A stretch of 32,000 bases of DNA from Methanocaldococcus jannaschii DSM 2661 (GTDB lineage Archaea; AGJL01; Methanococci; Methanococcales; Methanocaldococcaceae), in NCBI RefSeq assembly GCF_000091665.1, contig NC_000909.1, forward strand, positions 730,712 through 762,711, in the 5' to 3' direction. The notes beneath the pieces were generated by a model that ran no database searches, was not told the DNA's origin, and was given only the letters and a program-made list of their open reading frames with translations. Below, piece after piece: positions 18,127 through 29,106 of this stretch. The position numbers and the translations under genes are program-made. Each line of letters opens with the position of its first letter. Positions within the stretch are counted from its first letter, which is position 1.

Positions 18127-19392
18127 ATGGCATCAACTGATTCAAAACAATTATATTTATTTAAAAAGATGTTGAAAGAATTAAAATCTAAGAAAGGTAA
18201 GGGGACTGAGCTTATCAGCCTTTATATTCCAGCAGGTAGAAGGATATCTGATGTAGCTCAGCATTTAAGGGAGGAGATGTCACAGGCATCAAACATTAAA
18301 AGTAAAAGCACAAGGAAAAATGTTCAATCAGCAATAGAGGCAATTTTGCAGAGATTAAAGTTATTAAAAGAGCCATTAGAGAAAGGAGTTGTTATATTCG
18401 CTGGAATGGTTCCAAGAAGTGGGCCTGGAACAGAAAAGATGGAAACCTACGTTATAGAGCCACCAGAACCAATAAAAACATACATCTATAGATGTGATTC
18501 AGAATTTTATTTAGAGCCGTTAGAGGAATTCTTAGAGGATAAAGATGCGTATGGAGTTATATTGGTTGATAGAAACGAAGCTACAATAGCGTTAGTTAAA
18601 GGTAGAAACATAAATATCTTAAAAAAACTAACAAGTGGAGTTCCTGGAAAGTTTAAAGCAGGAGGGCAGTCAGCAAGAAGATTAGAAAGGCTTATAGATT
18701 TAGCCGCTCATGAGTTCTTGCAGAGAGTTGGGCAGAAGGCAAATGAGCAATTCCTTCCATTATTGCAAGAGAAAAAACTTAGAGGAATCTTAGTTGGAGG
18801 GCCAGGACATACAAAGAATGAGTTTGTTGAAGGAGATTACTTACACCATGAACTTAAAAAGATTGTATTGGATACATTTGATTTATGCTATACAGAGGAG
18901 TTTGGTATAAGAGAGCTCTTAGAGAAAGCAGCTCCATTATTAAAGGATGTTGAGTTGATGAAAGAGAGAGAAGCTGTTCAGAGATTTTTAAAGGAATTAA
19001 TTAAAGAGGATGGAGGATTAGCTTGCTATGGAGAGAAAGAGGTTTTAGAGGCTTTAATGATGGGAGCTGTTGATACTTTAATTGTTTCTGAAGAATTGGA
19101 GAAATATAAGGTAAAGATAGCATGTAACAATTGCGATTACTTAGAGGAAAAAACTGTCAATAAGCTTGAGCTTATTAAATTGGAAGAAGAGCTTAAAAAT
19201 GCCCAATGCCCAAAATGTGGAGGAGCTTTAAGTATCGTTGAGGAAAAAGACTATATTGAATACCTCTCAGAACTATGTGAGCAGAGCGGGGCTAAACTTG
19301 TAACAGTTTCATCAGAAACAGAAGAAGGGGCTATGATTTTAAATGCATTTAAGGGAATAGCCGCTATATTGAGATATAAGATTCATCAATAA
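18127..19392 (+). CDS. prf1: Peptide chain release factor aRF1
   Basis: NIKS motif (ASNIKSKS), GGQ motif (KAGGQSARR), and a C-terminal Zn-ribbon insert (CNNCD...CPKCGG). ATG 18127 lies behind SD GGTGAT. The track's 18115 is the ATG of ATGGTGAT. Confidence 0.92.
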   Translation: MASTDSKQLYLFKKMLKELKSKKGKGTELISLYIPAGRRISDVAQHLREEMSQASNIKSKSTRKNVQSAIEAILQRLKLLKEPLEKGVVIFAGMVPRSGPGTEKMETYVIEPPEPIKTYIYRCDSEFYLEPLEEFLEDKDAYGVILVDRNEATIALVKGRNINILKKLTSGVPGKFKAGGQSARRLERLIDLAAHEFLQRVGQKANEQFLPLLQEKKLRGILVGGPGHTKNEFVEGDYLHHELKKIVLDTFDLCYTEEFGIRELLEKAAPLLKDVELMKEREAVQRFLKELIKEDGGLACYGEKEVLEALMMGAVDTLIVSEELEKYKVKIACNNCDYLEEKTVNKLELIKLEEELKNAQCPKCGGALSIVEEKDYIEYLSELCEQSGAKLVTVSSETEEGAMILNAFKGIAAILRYKIHQ

Positions 19393-20144
19393 CTCCTGTA
19401 TATCTCTAAATTTATGCATACTTTTTTAAATCCATAATCCTTAAATTTTTTAATAATTTCTTCTTTTTCATTAATTATCTTACTTAAATCATCTTCAATT
19501 TCAATAACAGCCAAATTTTTATAATCTCTAACTCTTATAGCTCCTTTTACATAATTTCTTAAAAATTCTTCTAATTCTTCTATCTTTTTTAAATCTTCTA
19601 TTGAAATTTCCCTATTAAACTCAAATCTTGTTAATAGACACGTTTCTTTTGGAGGGATATTTATATTTAGCTCTTTAGCTATCTCTAAGATATCTTTTTT
19701 ACCAATCTTAAAATCTGCAAATGGAGAGCCTATATTAAATTCTTCTTTAGCTCTTAAACCGGGTCTATCTTCAAATAAATCATCATAGTTAGTTCCATCA
19801 ACAACAACATCGTAATTATATTTTTCCTTCTCTTTAGTTAAGATTTCAAAAAACATTTTTTTGCACAAATAACATCTCTCTGGGACATTTTTAATAATTT
19901 TATCAATTTTAATAACTTTTAAATTTAAGTTATACTTTTTTGCATTTATAATTGCATTATTTAAAGACCATTCTGAGATGTAGGGGGTTTTTATAAAAAT
20001 ACATAGAGTTTCAGTAATTTCTGACAATAATATAGATAGAAGTAAGCTATCAATCCCACCAGAATAGGCAATAATAATTTTTTTATTTTTAAATTTTTCT
20101 TTAAGGTTATTTTTTAATTTAATTAGTTTTTTCAAAAATACCAC
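19386..20144 (-). CDS. PP-loop ATP pyrophosphatase family protein (LarE-like / adenine nucleotide alpha-hydrolase)
   Basis: SGGxDS PP-loop motif in IIIAYSGGIDSLLL. The track's start codon is the GTG of GGTGGT, so TTG 20135 is more likely. There is a 7-nt convergent overlap with aRF1. Confidence 0.7.
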   Translation of the reverse strand: MVFLKKLIKLKNNLKEKFKNKKIIIAYSGGIDSLLLSILLSEITETLCIFIKTPYISEWSLNNAIINAKKYNLNLKVIKIDKIIKNVPERCYLCKKMFFEILTKEKEKYNYDVVVDGTNYDDLFEDRPGLRAKEEFNIGSPFADFKIGKKDILEIAKELNINIPPKETCLLTRFEFNREISIEDLKKIEELEEFLRNYVKGAIRVRDYKNLAVIEIEDDLSKIINEKEEIIKKFKDYGFKKVCINLEIYRSY

Positions 20145-20237
20145 CGTTAAGTAATTTTAGAAATCAATTTTAGAAATTATTAAATATATTATTCCATCTT
20201 AATAAAAAGTTAAAGATAAAGAAATAGGGGGAAGATT

Positions 20238-21536
20238 ATGATGGAAAAACTTAAAGAAATAGAAAAAGTGACTAAAGCTATTAAAGAGAAGATTTTAAAC
20301 CATTATGGATATATTAGAGTCATAACCCATCACGATACAGATGGATTGAGTAGTGGAGGAATCTTAGCTAAAATGTTAATGAGAACAAACAAATTATTCC
20401 ATTTAACTGTTGTTGAACACCTATCAAAAGAGGTTATTGAAAAATTAGCTAAGGAAAATGAGGTAAATAAACCACTTTTTATATTTGCAGACATGGGTAG
20501 TGGGCAAATAGAGGAAATAATAAAACACAACTTTAATGCAATTATATTAGACCATCATCCTCCAGTTATAAAAGATAGCTTTATCAACGAAAACATCATC
20601 CAGCTAAACCCACACATCTTTGGGGTAGATGGATCAAGGGAGATAACTGCAAGTGGAGTTTGTTATTTAGTGGCAAGAGAATTTGGCTACTATGATTTGA
20701 GTGTCTTGGCAATAGTAGGAATTATTGGAGATATGCAATACAACCCTCTCTTAGGTTTAAATAAATTTATTGTAAATGAGGCAAGGGAGTATAGATACGT
20801 TAAGATAATGAACGATATTGTCTATAATATCTACGATGTTGAAATATACAAAGCAATTGCTTATTGCACAAAACCATATATCCCAGATTTAGCCTCTGAA
20901 GGAAAGGCATTTAAGTTTTTAAAAGATATTGGTATAGACCCAAATAAAAAACAATTGGATGACACAGACAAGAAAAAACTCTTATCAGCTATAATCTTCA
21001 AATACCCAAAGATTGAGAACTTACTGATTGATAGATATTTAATTGAGCATAAGGTTAGAGATGCCTTTTTGTTGTCAGAAATGCTAAATGCCGTTGGTAG
21101 AAATGGCTTATTTGCTGTAGGTATTGGAATCTGCTTAGAAGATGATGAATGCATAAAGATAGGTAATCAAATCCTATGGGAGTATAAAAAGAACTTAATC
21201 AATGAACTTAAAAGTGTTAAACTAAAAAAATTAAACAACATCTATTACTTTGAGGGTAAGAAGGGGATGATTGGGATTATTGCCTCTATATTGGTTGATG
21301 ATAAGCCAGTTATTGGTTACCACATTGAGGGAGATATAGCTAAATTCTCTGCAAGAGGGAATAGGGATTTAGTAAATAGAGGTTTAAATTTAAGTGTTGC
21401 TATGGCTGTTGCTAAGGAGTTTGGTGGTAATGGAGGGGGGCATGATGTTGCCTCTGGAGCAGTAGTTTCAAAAGATAAAGTGCAAGAATTTTTAAAGAGA
21501 GTTGATGAGATTATTGGGGAGCAGTTAAGGAGATAA
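20238..21536 (+). CDS. RecJ-like DHH-family phosphoesterase / exonuclease
   Basis: DHH motifs are ITHHDTDG (I), FADMG (II) and ILDHHPP (III). The DHHA1 motif is GGNGGGHDVASGA. Confidence 0.8.
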   Translation: MMEKLKEIEKVTKAIKEKILNHYGYIRVITHHDTDGLSSGGILAKMLMRTNKLFHLTVVEHLSKEVIEKLAKENEVNKPLFIFADMGSGQIEEIIKHNFNAIILDHHPPVIKDSFINENIIQLNPHIFGVDGSREITASGVCYLVAREFGYYDLSVLAIVGIIGDMQYNPLLGLNKFIVNEAREYRYVKIMNDIVYNIYDVEIYKAIAYCTKPYIPDLASEGKAFKFLKDIGIDPNKKQLDDTDKKKLLSAIIFKYPKIENLLIDRYLIEHKVRDAFLLSEMLNAVGRNGLFAVGIGICLEDDECIKIGNQILWEYKKNLINELKSVKLKKLNNIYYFEGKKGMIGIIASILVDDKPVIGYHIEGDIAKFSARGNRDLVNRGLNLSVAMAVAKEFGGNGGGHDVASGAVVSKDKVQEFLKRVDEIIGEQLRR

Positions 21537-21795
21537 AAATATAAATTAATCCTTATCAATATTTCAACATAATAAATCAATATAAATTGCTCTTTAGTTA
21601 AATAAAGGGATTCTTCCATTTATATACTATTTTAAAAGATTATCGCACTTATTTAAAATATTTAAGCGGAAATCCATTCCGTTAGGTTTATATGTTATTA
21701 CTGAAAAACTAAATACACATTCCTAAGATAAGTAATAAAGTCATCCATTAAAATCTACAAATAATTTTATTTTTTACTATTTTTTGGGTGATTAA

Positions 21796-24700
21796 ATGAT
21801 AAGTGCTAAAGATTTTGCAGAGAAAGTTATGGAATTCTATGTAATAAAGAGAGACAAAAGAAAGGAGAAATTCAATGTAAATAAATTAGCTAAATCTTTA
21901 ATAAACAGTGGGGTAAATTATGGCGATTTAGACACAATAATATCCGAAGTTTGTGCTAAAGTTTATAATGGAATAACAACCGATGAGTTAAAAGACATTG
22001 TTTATAATGTTTTAAAGAAGATTGATAAGGATGTAGCTGAGAATTATAGAAATGGGATTATATTGAAGGTTAGAACATCTGAAAAAGAGTTTGAGTCATT
22101 TGACAAAGAAAAGATTGCAAAAGCATTGATTAGAGAGACAGGGGCAGATGAAGAAACAGCTAGAAAGATAGCTGATGAGGTTGAGAGAGAACTAAAAAAA
22201 CTTAAAGTCAAATACTTAACAGCACCGATGATTAGGGAAATAGTCAATTACAAGTTAATAGAGTATGGATTTGAAGAACTAAGACATAAGCACACAAGAT
22301 TAGGAATGCCAGTCTATGATATAACCAAATTGATAAAGAGTGGTTCAAGAGAGAATGCCAACTTAATGTATAACCCAGAATCAATCCATAAATGGGTTGC
22401 TGATGAAACAATGAAGCAATATGCTTTATTAGCCATCTTCCCAAAACACATAGCTGATGCTCATATAAAAGGGGATATACACTTACACGATTTGGAATAT
22501 GCAGCAACAAGACCTGTTTGTTTGCAACATGATTTAAGACCATTCTTTAAATATGGTTTAAAAGTTGATGGAACTGGATTGCATACTTCTGTTTCAAAAC
22601 CTGCAAAGCATCCTGAAGTAGCTATACAGCATGCGGCTAAGGTTATGATGGCCGCCCAGACAAATATGAGTGGAGGACAAAGTATAGATGAGTTTAATGT
22701 TTGGTTAGCTCCTTATGTTAGAGGGCTTAGCTATGAAAAAATAAAGCAGTTAATGCAGATGTTTATTTATGAACTAAATCAAATGTACGTAGCAAGAGGA
22801 GGACAGAGCTTAGGTAGAGATGAATTAATCTTCATAAAAGAGGGAGATAAATTAAAAGTTTGCAAAATTGGAGAAGCGATTGATGAATTTATGGAGAAAT
22901 ATAAAGATAAAATAATAGTAGATGGAGACACGGAAATCCTCTACTTGGATGGCATTGCTGAAGTTTATACAATATCAGTTAATGTTAAGACTGGAAAGGC
23001 AGAGTTTAAGAGAGTTTATGCGATATCAAGACACAAACCAAGAGGGAAGGTTTATAAAGTTATTGGTAAGGATGGGACTTCTATAATAGTAACAGAAGAC
23101 CATTCATTATTTAACTATGATGAAAACGGTAATTTAGTCTGTGTTAAGCCACGACAAATGAAGCATATTATCAGAAACTTTAACAATCCGTATGATGTTG
23201 AGTATAGAATTGGAGATTATATAGAAACTAACTACCAAAGAACTGATTCAAAATATAATAGCAGACAAAATGATATCCCAGAAAAATTAAAAATAACAAA
23301 AGAACTTTGTCAATTCTTAGGTTTGTTTGTTGCTGAGGGAAGTTATATTACAAACGGCATTTCAATAACTACAAAAGATGATGACATAGCTAAATTTATT
23401 GAGAGATTTGTGAAGGAGCAGATAAATGAAAATATTGCAGTTAAAAGATATGAGGACTCTGTAAGATTTGTAAATAAAGGATTCTATAGGTTCTTAAAGG
23501 AACATATAAATGGAAAGGCAATAAACAAAAACAGCCCAGAGTTCATACTAAAAGGAGACAAAGAAATGAAATTAGCATTCTTGGGAGGATTAATAAGTGG
23601 AGATGGGTATGTTAGTAAAGATGGAAGAGTGCAGATATATACAACATCTGAACAACTATTAGGACAATTACATTTGTTGCTATCTGACTTAGGAATGATT
23701 TATTCAATAACCAAAATAAAAGAGGAAGGGGAAAAGATTGAGATTAAAAGAAATGAAATAGTAAGAAATTACAAACTATACGTCATTGAAATTGCTAAAA
23801 ATTGCACAGAAGATTTAAAACCTTATGTAATTCCAAAATACAAAAAAGAGAGAATAAAGCCAGCTAACTATGACCAATTACCTTATGACTATAGAATAAT
23901 AAAAGAACATCTAAGAAAAATAACAGATAAAAAACCATACAACGATTATGCATGGAAATCAAATAATAGAAAATTAAAACTCAACACATTAGAAAAAATT
24001 GAGCAACTTAATCCACATTTAAGAGAAGAAATAAATAAATTTAAGCTAAATATCCCATTTGAAATAAAAGAGATTAAAGAGATTGACTATAATGGATATG
24101 TCTATGATTTGAGCGTTGAGGATAATGAGAACTTTATAACAGCTACTGGTATCTTATGCCACAATACAATATTCAGCTCCATTAACTTAGAATTGGAAAT
24201 CCCAGAGTTTTTAAAGGATAAGCCAGCAGTGATAGCTGGAACTACAAGAGGAACTTATGGAGATTATGAGGAGGAGGCGAAGTTAATCTTAGAGGCATTA
24301 GTTGATGTGATGATGGAAGGAGATGCAATGGGAAAACCATTCTTATTCCCAAACTTTATAATTAAGTTGAGAGAGAATGCCTTTAAAGATGAAAATAAAG
24401 AACTTATGTATAAAATCCACCAATTGTCTGCTAAGTTTGGGATTCCTTACTTTATAAACATGCTTCCAGATTGGCAGGTAACTAATACAAATGCAATGGG
24501 TTGTAGAACAAGGTTGAGTGGAAATTGGACAGGAGACGCTGAGATAGACACTTTAAGAACTGGAAACATGCAGTGGTACTCTCTAAACTTACCGAGAATA
24601 GCTTATGAGGCAAATGGAGATGATACTAAGTTATTTGAGATATTGCATGAAAGGTTAGAGATTTTGAAAGAAGCATTATTAATAAAACATGAAGTTACAA

Positions 24701-27048
24701 AAGAGAGGTTGTATGTTGATAACTTAATGCCTTTCCTAACTCAGGAGTTTGATGGAGAATCATATTATAGGTATGAGAACACAACAAAAACATTTGGATT
24801 TGTTGGATTGAATGAGATGCTTAAATATCATTTGGGAGAAGAATTACATGAGTCAAAAGATGCAGTTAAGTTTGGTGAAAAGGTTATTGAATATATTAGG
24901 GAGTATGCTGATAAGTTAAAGGAAGAGACTGGTTTAAGATGGACTGTAACACAAACACCGGCTGAAAGTTCGTTACCTTACGATGAGAAGATATTGATAT
25001 TTGAAAATAATGAATACAAATTAGTTAAAATTGGTGAATTTGTTGAGAAATATCTGAACAGATATAAAGATAGAGCAATAACTTATGGAGATAACAATAT
25101 TGAGGTTTATATTAAAGATGAAAACATCTATGCTCCTTCATTTGATAAAGATGGAAAAATTGTCTTAAAACCAATTACTCATGCTATCAGACATAGGGGT
25201 AAAGAAATCTATGAGATAGAATTGGAGAGTGGTAAAAAAGTTAGAGTTACTGGAGACCATAGTGTATTCACTATAAATGACAATTTAGATGTTGTAGAAG
25301 TAAAGGCATCTGATTTAAAGGTTGGAGACTTTATAATAACTCCAAAGATTATTCCAAGCATAAGTAAAGATAAGATTTACTTAAGTGAAATCGTTAAAAA
25401 TAAAGACAAATACTATGTAAAAATAAAAGACCATATCAAATTCATTGAAGAGCATGAAGAAATTCTAAAGGAGAGCTATAAAGAATATAAAACTAAATGG
25501 AAAGATTTAAAACCAGTATTAAAGAAGAAAAATGCCTTCAGATTAGATTTAATTGAAGATTTAGTCGATAAAGAGAAAATTGAAAAAATAAGCTATGGAC
25601 ATGCAAATTACATTAACAATAAGATAAAACTTGATGAGAAATTTGGTTATCTAATTGGAGCATTCTTGTCAGAGGGTCATTGGAATGACAAATGTGTTGA
25701 AATATCGAGCACCAATAAAGAGTTTATTGAAAACTTAGTAGAGATTATTGAAGAAATATTAGGAAAAGATGCATATTACATTACTGTTAAAGGTGATAAG
25801 AGAAGGTATAAAGATTTGTATGTAATTGGACTAAATAAAACAGTAGCCATGATATTTGAGAGTTTGGGATTAAATAAACTAAGCTCAAATAAAGAGATTC
25901 CATCCATATTATTGTCAAATGAAACATTCTTAAAAGGTTTAATTAAAGGCTATATAGATGGAGACGGAAGTATATATGTGGATGAATCAAAAAGAGATTA
26001 TAGCATAAGGTTATACACAACATCTGAAACATTAAGGGATACCTTATGTTTAGCTTTGAAAATCCTTGGAATTAACTATAGACTAAGCATAGATAAAAAA
26101 TCAAAAGTAAATGAAAATTGGAGAGATTGTTATGTTATAAAAATTACTGGAAAAGAAAATATTGAAAAGCTATTGGATGTTGAAATTAAGAACAACGGAG
26201 GAAAGGATGTAATTCCAAAAATAGCAGAGAAGTTTAAAGAAATAATAAATCAATATTCACAAAGAGAGTGGAAAGAAAGATTTGGTATTGATGTTAATAA
26301 TCTGCATATATGGGAAGACTTAAAGAAGGGATACATGAGTAGATATAGAGCTAAAAAAGTTTTGAATATAATGAAGAATGTTAAAGAAATTGAAGAAAAA
26401 TATGGTAGGTTGTTGGATAAAATAGGGCAGTTGATAGATAATGACTTACTCTTTGAAAGAATAAAATCAATAAGAGTATTGGATGAAATTCCAGAATATG
26501 TATATGATATCTCAGTTGAAGGTACTGAGAACTTTATTGGTGGAGAAGGGTTTATTTGCCTACATAACACAGCAGGAAGATTTGCAAGGTTGGATTACAA
26601 ATACTACAAAGAAGAAACCATAAGTGTTGTTAGAGGAGACTTAAATGATGTGGATAGTCTCTACTATACAAATTCTTCTCATGTTAGAGTTGATGCCCCT
26701 ATAACTTTAGGAGAGAAAGTTAGGATTGAAGAGAAGTTCCATCCTTTGTGTAACGGTGGGCATATAATGCATATTTGGAATATTGAGAGTGCTGCAGACC
26801 CTGAGGTATTGATGGATATAACAAAAAAGATAACAAAAACACATATCGGTTTCTGGACATACACAAAAAATCTAAGCGTTTGTAATAGATGTGGAATAAG
26901 TATGGGAGGTTTGAGAGATAGGTGTATAAATTGTGGTTCTGAGGATGTAGCTAAGTTCAGTAGAATAACAGGATATCTACAAAATATTTCAAACTGGAAT
27001 AGAGCTAAGCAAAAAGAGTTAGAAGATAGGAAATTACCAAGGATTTAA
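21796..27048 (+). CDS. nrdD: Anaerobic (class III) ribonucleoside-triphosphate reductase precursor with two inteins
   Basis: Two N-terminal ATP-cone-like segments. Extein motifs YVARGGQ | TIFSSINLE and TQTPAES | TAGRFARLD flank the inteins. At the C-terminus are a Zn ribbon (CNRCG..CINCG) and the glycyl-radical loop [16 protein letters not shown] is 4 nt before the ATG. The mature protein is 764 aa by subtraction. Confidence 0.95.
22807..24165 (+). mobile_element. Intein 1 of nrdD (453 aa) with LAGLIDADG homing-endonuclease domain
   Basis: It starts with Ser ([10 protein letters not shown]). Block B is VTEDH. The LAGLIDADG motifs are [14 protein letters not shown] and [14 protein letters not shown]. 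It ends [20 protein letters not shown], followed by Thr+1. Confidence 0.9.
24970..26568 (+). mobile_element. Intein 2 of nrdD (533 aa) with LAGLIDADG homing-endonuclease domain
   Basis: It starts with Ser ([11 protein letters not shown]). Block B is VTGDH. The LAGLIDADG motifs are [14 protein letters not shown] and [16 protein letters not shown]. It ends [21 protein letters not shown], followed by Thr+1. The N-terminal boundary could be one Ser earlier (24967). Confidence 0.88.
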
Positions 27049-27079
27049 TTATTCTTTTCTATTTTTCTATTTTTGTTTT
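27049..27079 (+). terminator. T-rich terminator after nrdD
   Basis: TTATTCTTTTCTATTTTTCTATTTTTGTTTTTT lies directly after the stop codon. Confidence 0.5.
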
Positions 27080-27508
27080 TTATTGGTATAGAGTAACAAT
27101 TACATGTGTCTCATCTATTTTAGTTATATTTGCAATTATTATTTTAGGGGTAGAAACTGTTTTATTTCCGTTTAAAATTATGTTAATATCACATTTTGCC
27201 GTTATGTTAAATTTAATATTTCCATCACGATAAAAATATAAAATATTATTATTAGCTCCCCAAGTTCCTGGGGGACATTTTATATAAACAATCTTCATAG
27301 TGCCTTCATCTGCAGAAGATACTAATTCTATGTTTTGCTTCATTTTAGACACAGCGGCATGAGCTAAACTCATGGAAGAGATACTAACTGTTTTATTAAA
27401 CCCAAACATTCCAGGATATCCAACGGCAATAACAATTGCAAGTAAAACCCCCAAAAATAATAAAGAAAATTCTAAGGATATCTGACCTCTTTTTCTAAAT
27501 TTGAGCAT
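27080..27508 (-). CDS. Pilin-like protein with class III (type IV prepilin-like) signal peptide, DUF361/QxSxEF type
   Basis: The N-terminus is MLKFRKRG|QISLEFSLLFLGVLLAIVIAVG: a basic n-region, Gly-1, Gln+1, a SLEF motif, then a hydrophobic helix. SD GGGGAT is 4 nt upstream. Confidence 0.8.
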   Translation of the reverse strand: MLKFRKRGQISLEFSLLFLGVLLAIVIAVGYPGMFGFNKTVSISSMSLAHAAVSKMKQNIELVSSADEGTMKIVYIKCPPGTWGANNNILYFYRDGNIKFNITAKCDINIILNGNKTVSTPKIIIANITKIDETHVIVTLYQ

Positions 27509-27523
27509 AAAAATCCCCGTAAG

Positions 27524-28351
27524 TTAATTATTATATTTATAATAAATTATGTAATAAAACCTTATTGGTTGATTTGATGAAGTTGTGAAAGCCATGGCAG
27601 GAACATCGAATATTTTAAATTTAAAGTGTGTATCATCACCCAACACATCATTATCCATTTTTGGAATTAGCGGGTCATTGTTATCTATATGGATATTTTC
27701 TCTTTCCATCTGATTTTTATACCATTCGTTATATGAGGAAATCCAAATATCGACGTTATCATCTCCAAATTTATGAAACTCATCATAATTGTCTATGACT
27801 AGAGGAGCAGGCACAATAATACTTAATGATTCTGTGTCATTTCCTTTTACAATATATCCACTAACATAAAGTTTGAATTTCCCAATTTTTATCCCTTCAT
27901 ATTTTGCATCTGGAAAGAGCTTATTTAAATCAATGACATTTACTTTATTAACTACAGCAGGTCCAACAACATCATAATTTTCTTGTGACTCATCAATTTT
28001 TATATCATAGGTTATTGGAGTATAGTGGTAGATGTTAATCTTTACTGTAGTATATGGAGGAATCCAAAATCCTTCCTTTCCATTAAATATCGTTTTATAA
28101 AAAACAATTCCAGAAGTTTGTGTAACGGAAGTACTAACATCTAAAAAATCTTCTGGTTTTGGCAATGTTTTCTCTTCAAATGTTATATTTGAAGGTACTG
28201 CGACAAATATTGAATATGGGTTAGTATTGGTTATTTCTCCAGTTAGCTTATATGTTATACTCATCTCTGCAATTGTTCTTTCTCCACAAATTGAATGTAA
28301 AAACAACGAGCATAGCACAATAAATACTATCAGTTTTATGAGTGATTTCAT
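27524..28351 (-). CDS. Secreted hypothetical protein (signal peptide, N-glycosylation sequons)
   Basis: MKSLIKLIVFIVLCSLFLHSICG is a signal-peptide-like N-terminus. ATG 28351 lies behind GGTGAT; the track start at 28357 is a TTG. The protein is beta-rich and Y/N/T-rich. No family recognised. Confidence 0.6.
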   Translation of the reverse strand: MKSLIKLIVFIVLCSLFLHSICGERTIAEMSITYKLTGEITNTNPYSIFVAVPSNITFEEKTLPKPEDFLDVSTSVTQTSGIVFYKTIFNGKEGFWIPPYTTVKINIYHYTPITYDIKIDESQENYDVVGPAVVNKVNVIDLNKLFPDAKYEGIKIGKFKLYVSGYIVKGNDTESLSIIVPAPLVIDNYDEFHKFGDDNVDIWISSYNEWYKNQMERENIHIDNNDPLIPKMDNDVLGDDTHFKFKIFDVPAMAFTTSSNQPIRFYYIIYYKYNN

Positions 28352-28367
28352 AAACAATCACCAAAAT

Positions 28368-29078
28368 TTATTTTAGATTAAACATTTCTTTTTTGATTTC
28401 AGCGTTTTTTGGATGATTCCACCAATCCAACTGTGTTATTAAAAATCGTCTATTATTGTGAGGAATTAAAAACATGTCAGGGGTATCAGCATAAAATTTG
28501 GGAATATATTTCATATCTCTAACTATAACAATGTTATTTAGATTATAATTTTTATAAATTATTGCATAGTCGGGACAGTAATAGTTTTCACATAAATATG
28601 TACTTTCAACTAACACCATTTTACCATTATCTAACTGAACTGCAACCCACATATGACTTCCGCTATTTCCATAGGTGTCCAATATTCCATATACTAAATA
28701 TGTTTTGAACCCATATCCCTCTAATATCCATTCTAACTGACATGATGCCTCTGAACAGTCGTAATAATTCTTTTTATACGCTGGCAATTTAATAGTTTTT
28801 AGAATATAACTTAATGTGTCTAAATCTCTTTTTTTAACATCAGGAAACATTTTATCAGAGAGTTCATAATAATTTTTCGGAAATTTATACATTTTTGGAT
28901 AAGTTTTTGGTAAATCATGATTTAAAAATATATTCTGGTCATAATTTGGATTTTTTGTGTTATTTGGTTCATTTAGTTCATAATGTCTGTTATATTCGAC
29001 AAAACTATATGATTTTTCGTAACATCCACAAAATATGGAAATTAGGATAATGGTTATAAAAAAATATTTATAATCCAT
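28368..29078 (-). CDS. Transglutaminase-like (papain-fold) putative cysteine protease, predicted lipoprotein/secreted
   Basis: A signal sequence ending in the lipobox-like SIFCGC. The core YYDCSEASCQLEWILEGYGFKTYLVYG...GSHMWVAVQLDNGKMVLVEST fits the Cys...His...Asp/Glu transglutaminase-like pattern. ATG 29078 is at SD-compatible spacing. Confidence 0.55.
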   Translation of the reverse strand: MDYKYFFITIILISIFCGCYEKSYSFVEYNRHYELNEPNNTKNPNYDQNIFLNHDLPKTYPKMYKFPKNYYELSDKMFPDVKKRDLDTLSYILKTIKLPAYKKNYYDCSEASCQLEWILEGYGFKTYLVYGILDTYGNSGSHMWVAVQLDNGKMVLVESTYLCENYYCPDYAIIYKNYNLNNIVIVRDMKYIPKFYADTPDMFLIPHNNRRFLITQLDWWNHPKNAEIKKEMFNLK

Positions 29079-29106
29079 AAACATCCCTTAACTCAAATCC
29101 CTGGAC

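Noticed and set aside
21667-21690. CGGAAATCCATTCCGTTAGG upstream of nrdD resembles the core (TCCATTCCG) of the Methanocaldococcus CRISPR repeat as I remember it
   Set aside because: It is a single copy with no spacer-repeat periodicity, and the match is only about 9 nt and rests on memory. It is more likely a small hairpin (CGGAA/TTCCG) next to a TATA-like TTTATATG.
20330-22543. Minus-strand ORFs 20330-20530, 20861-21154, 21317-21619, 22044-22247 and 22244-22543, plus 26250-26570 and 26679-26864
   Set aside because: They are antisense to the RecJ-like gene and nrdD and have no independent support.
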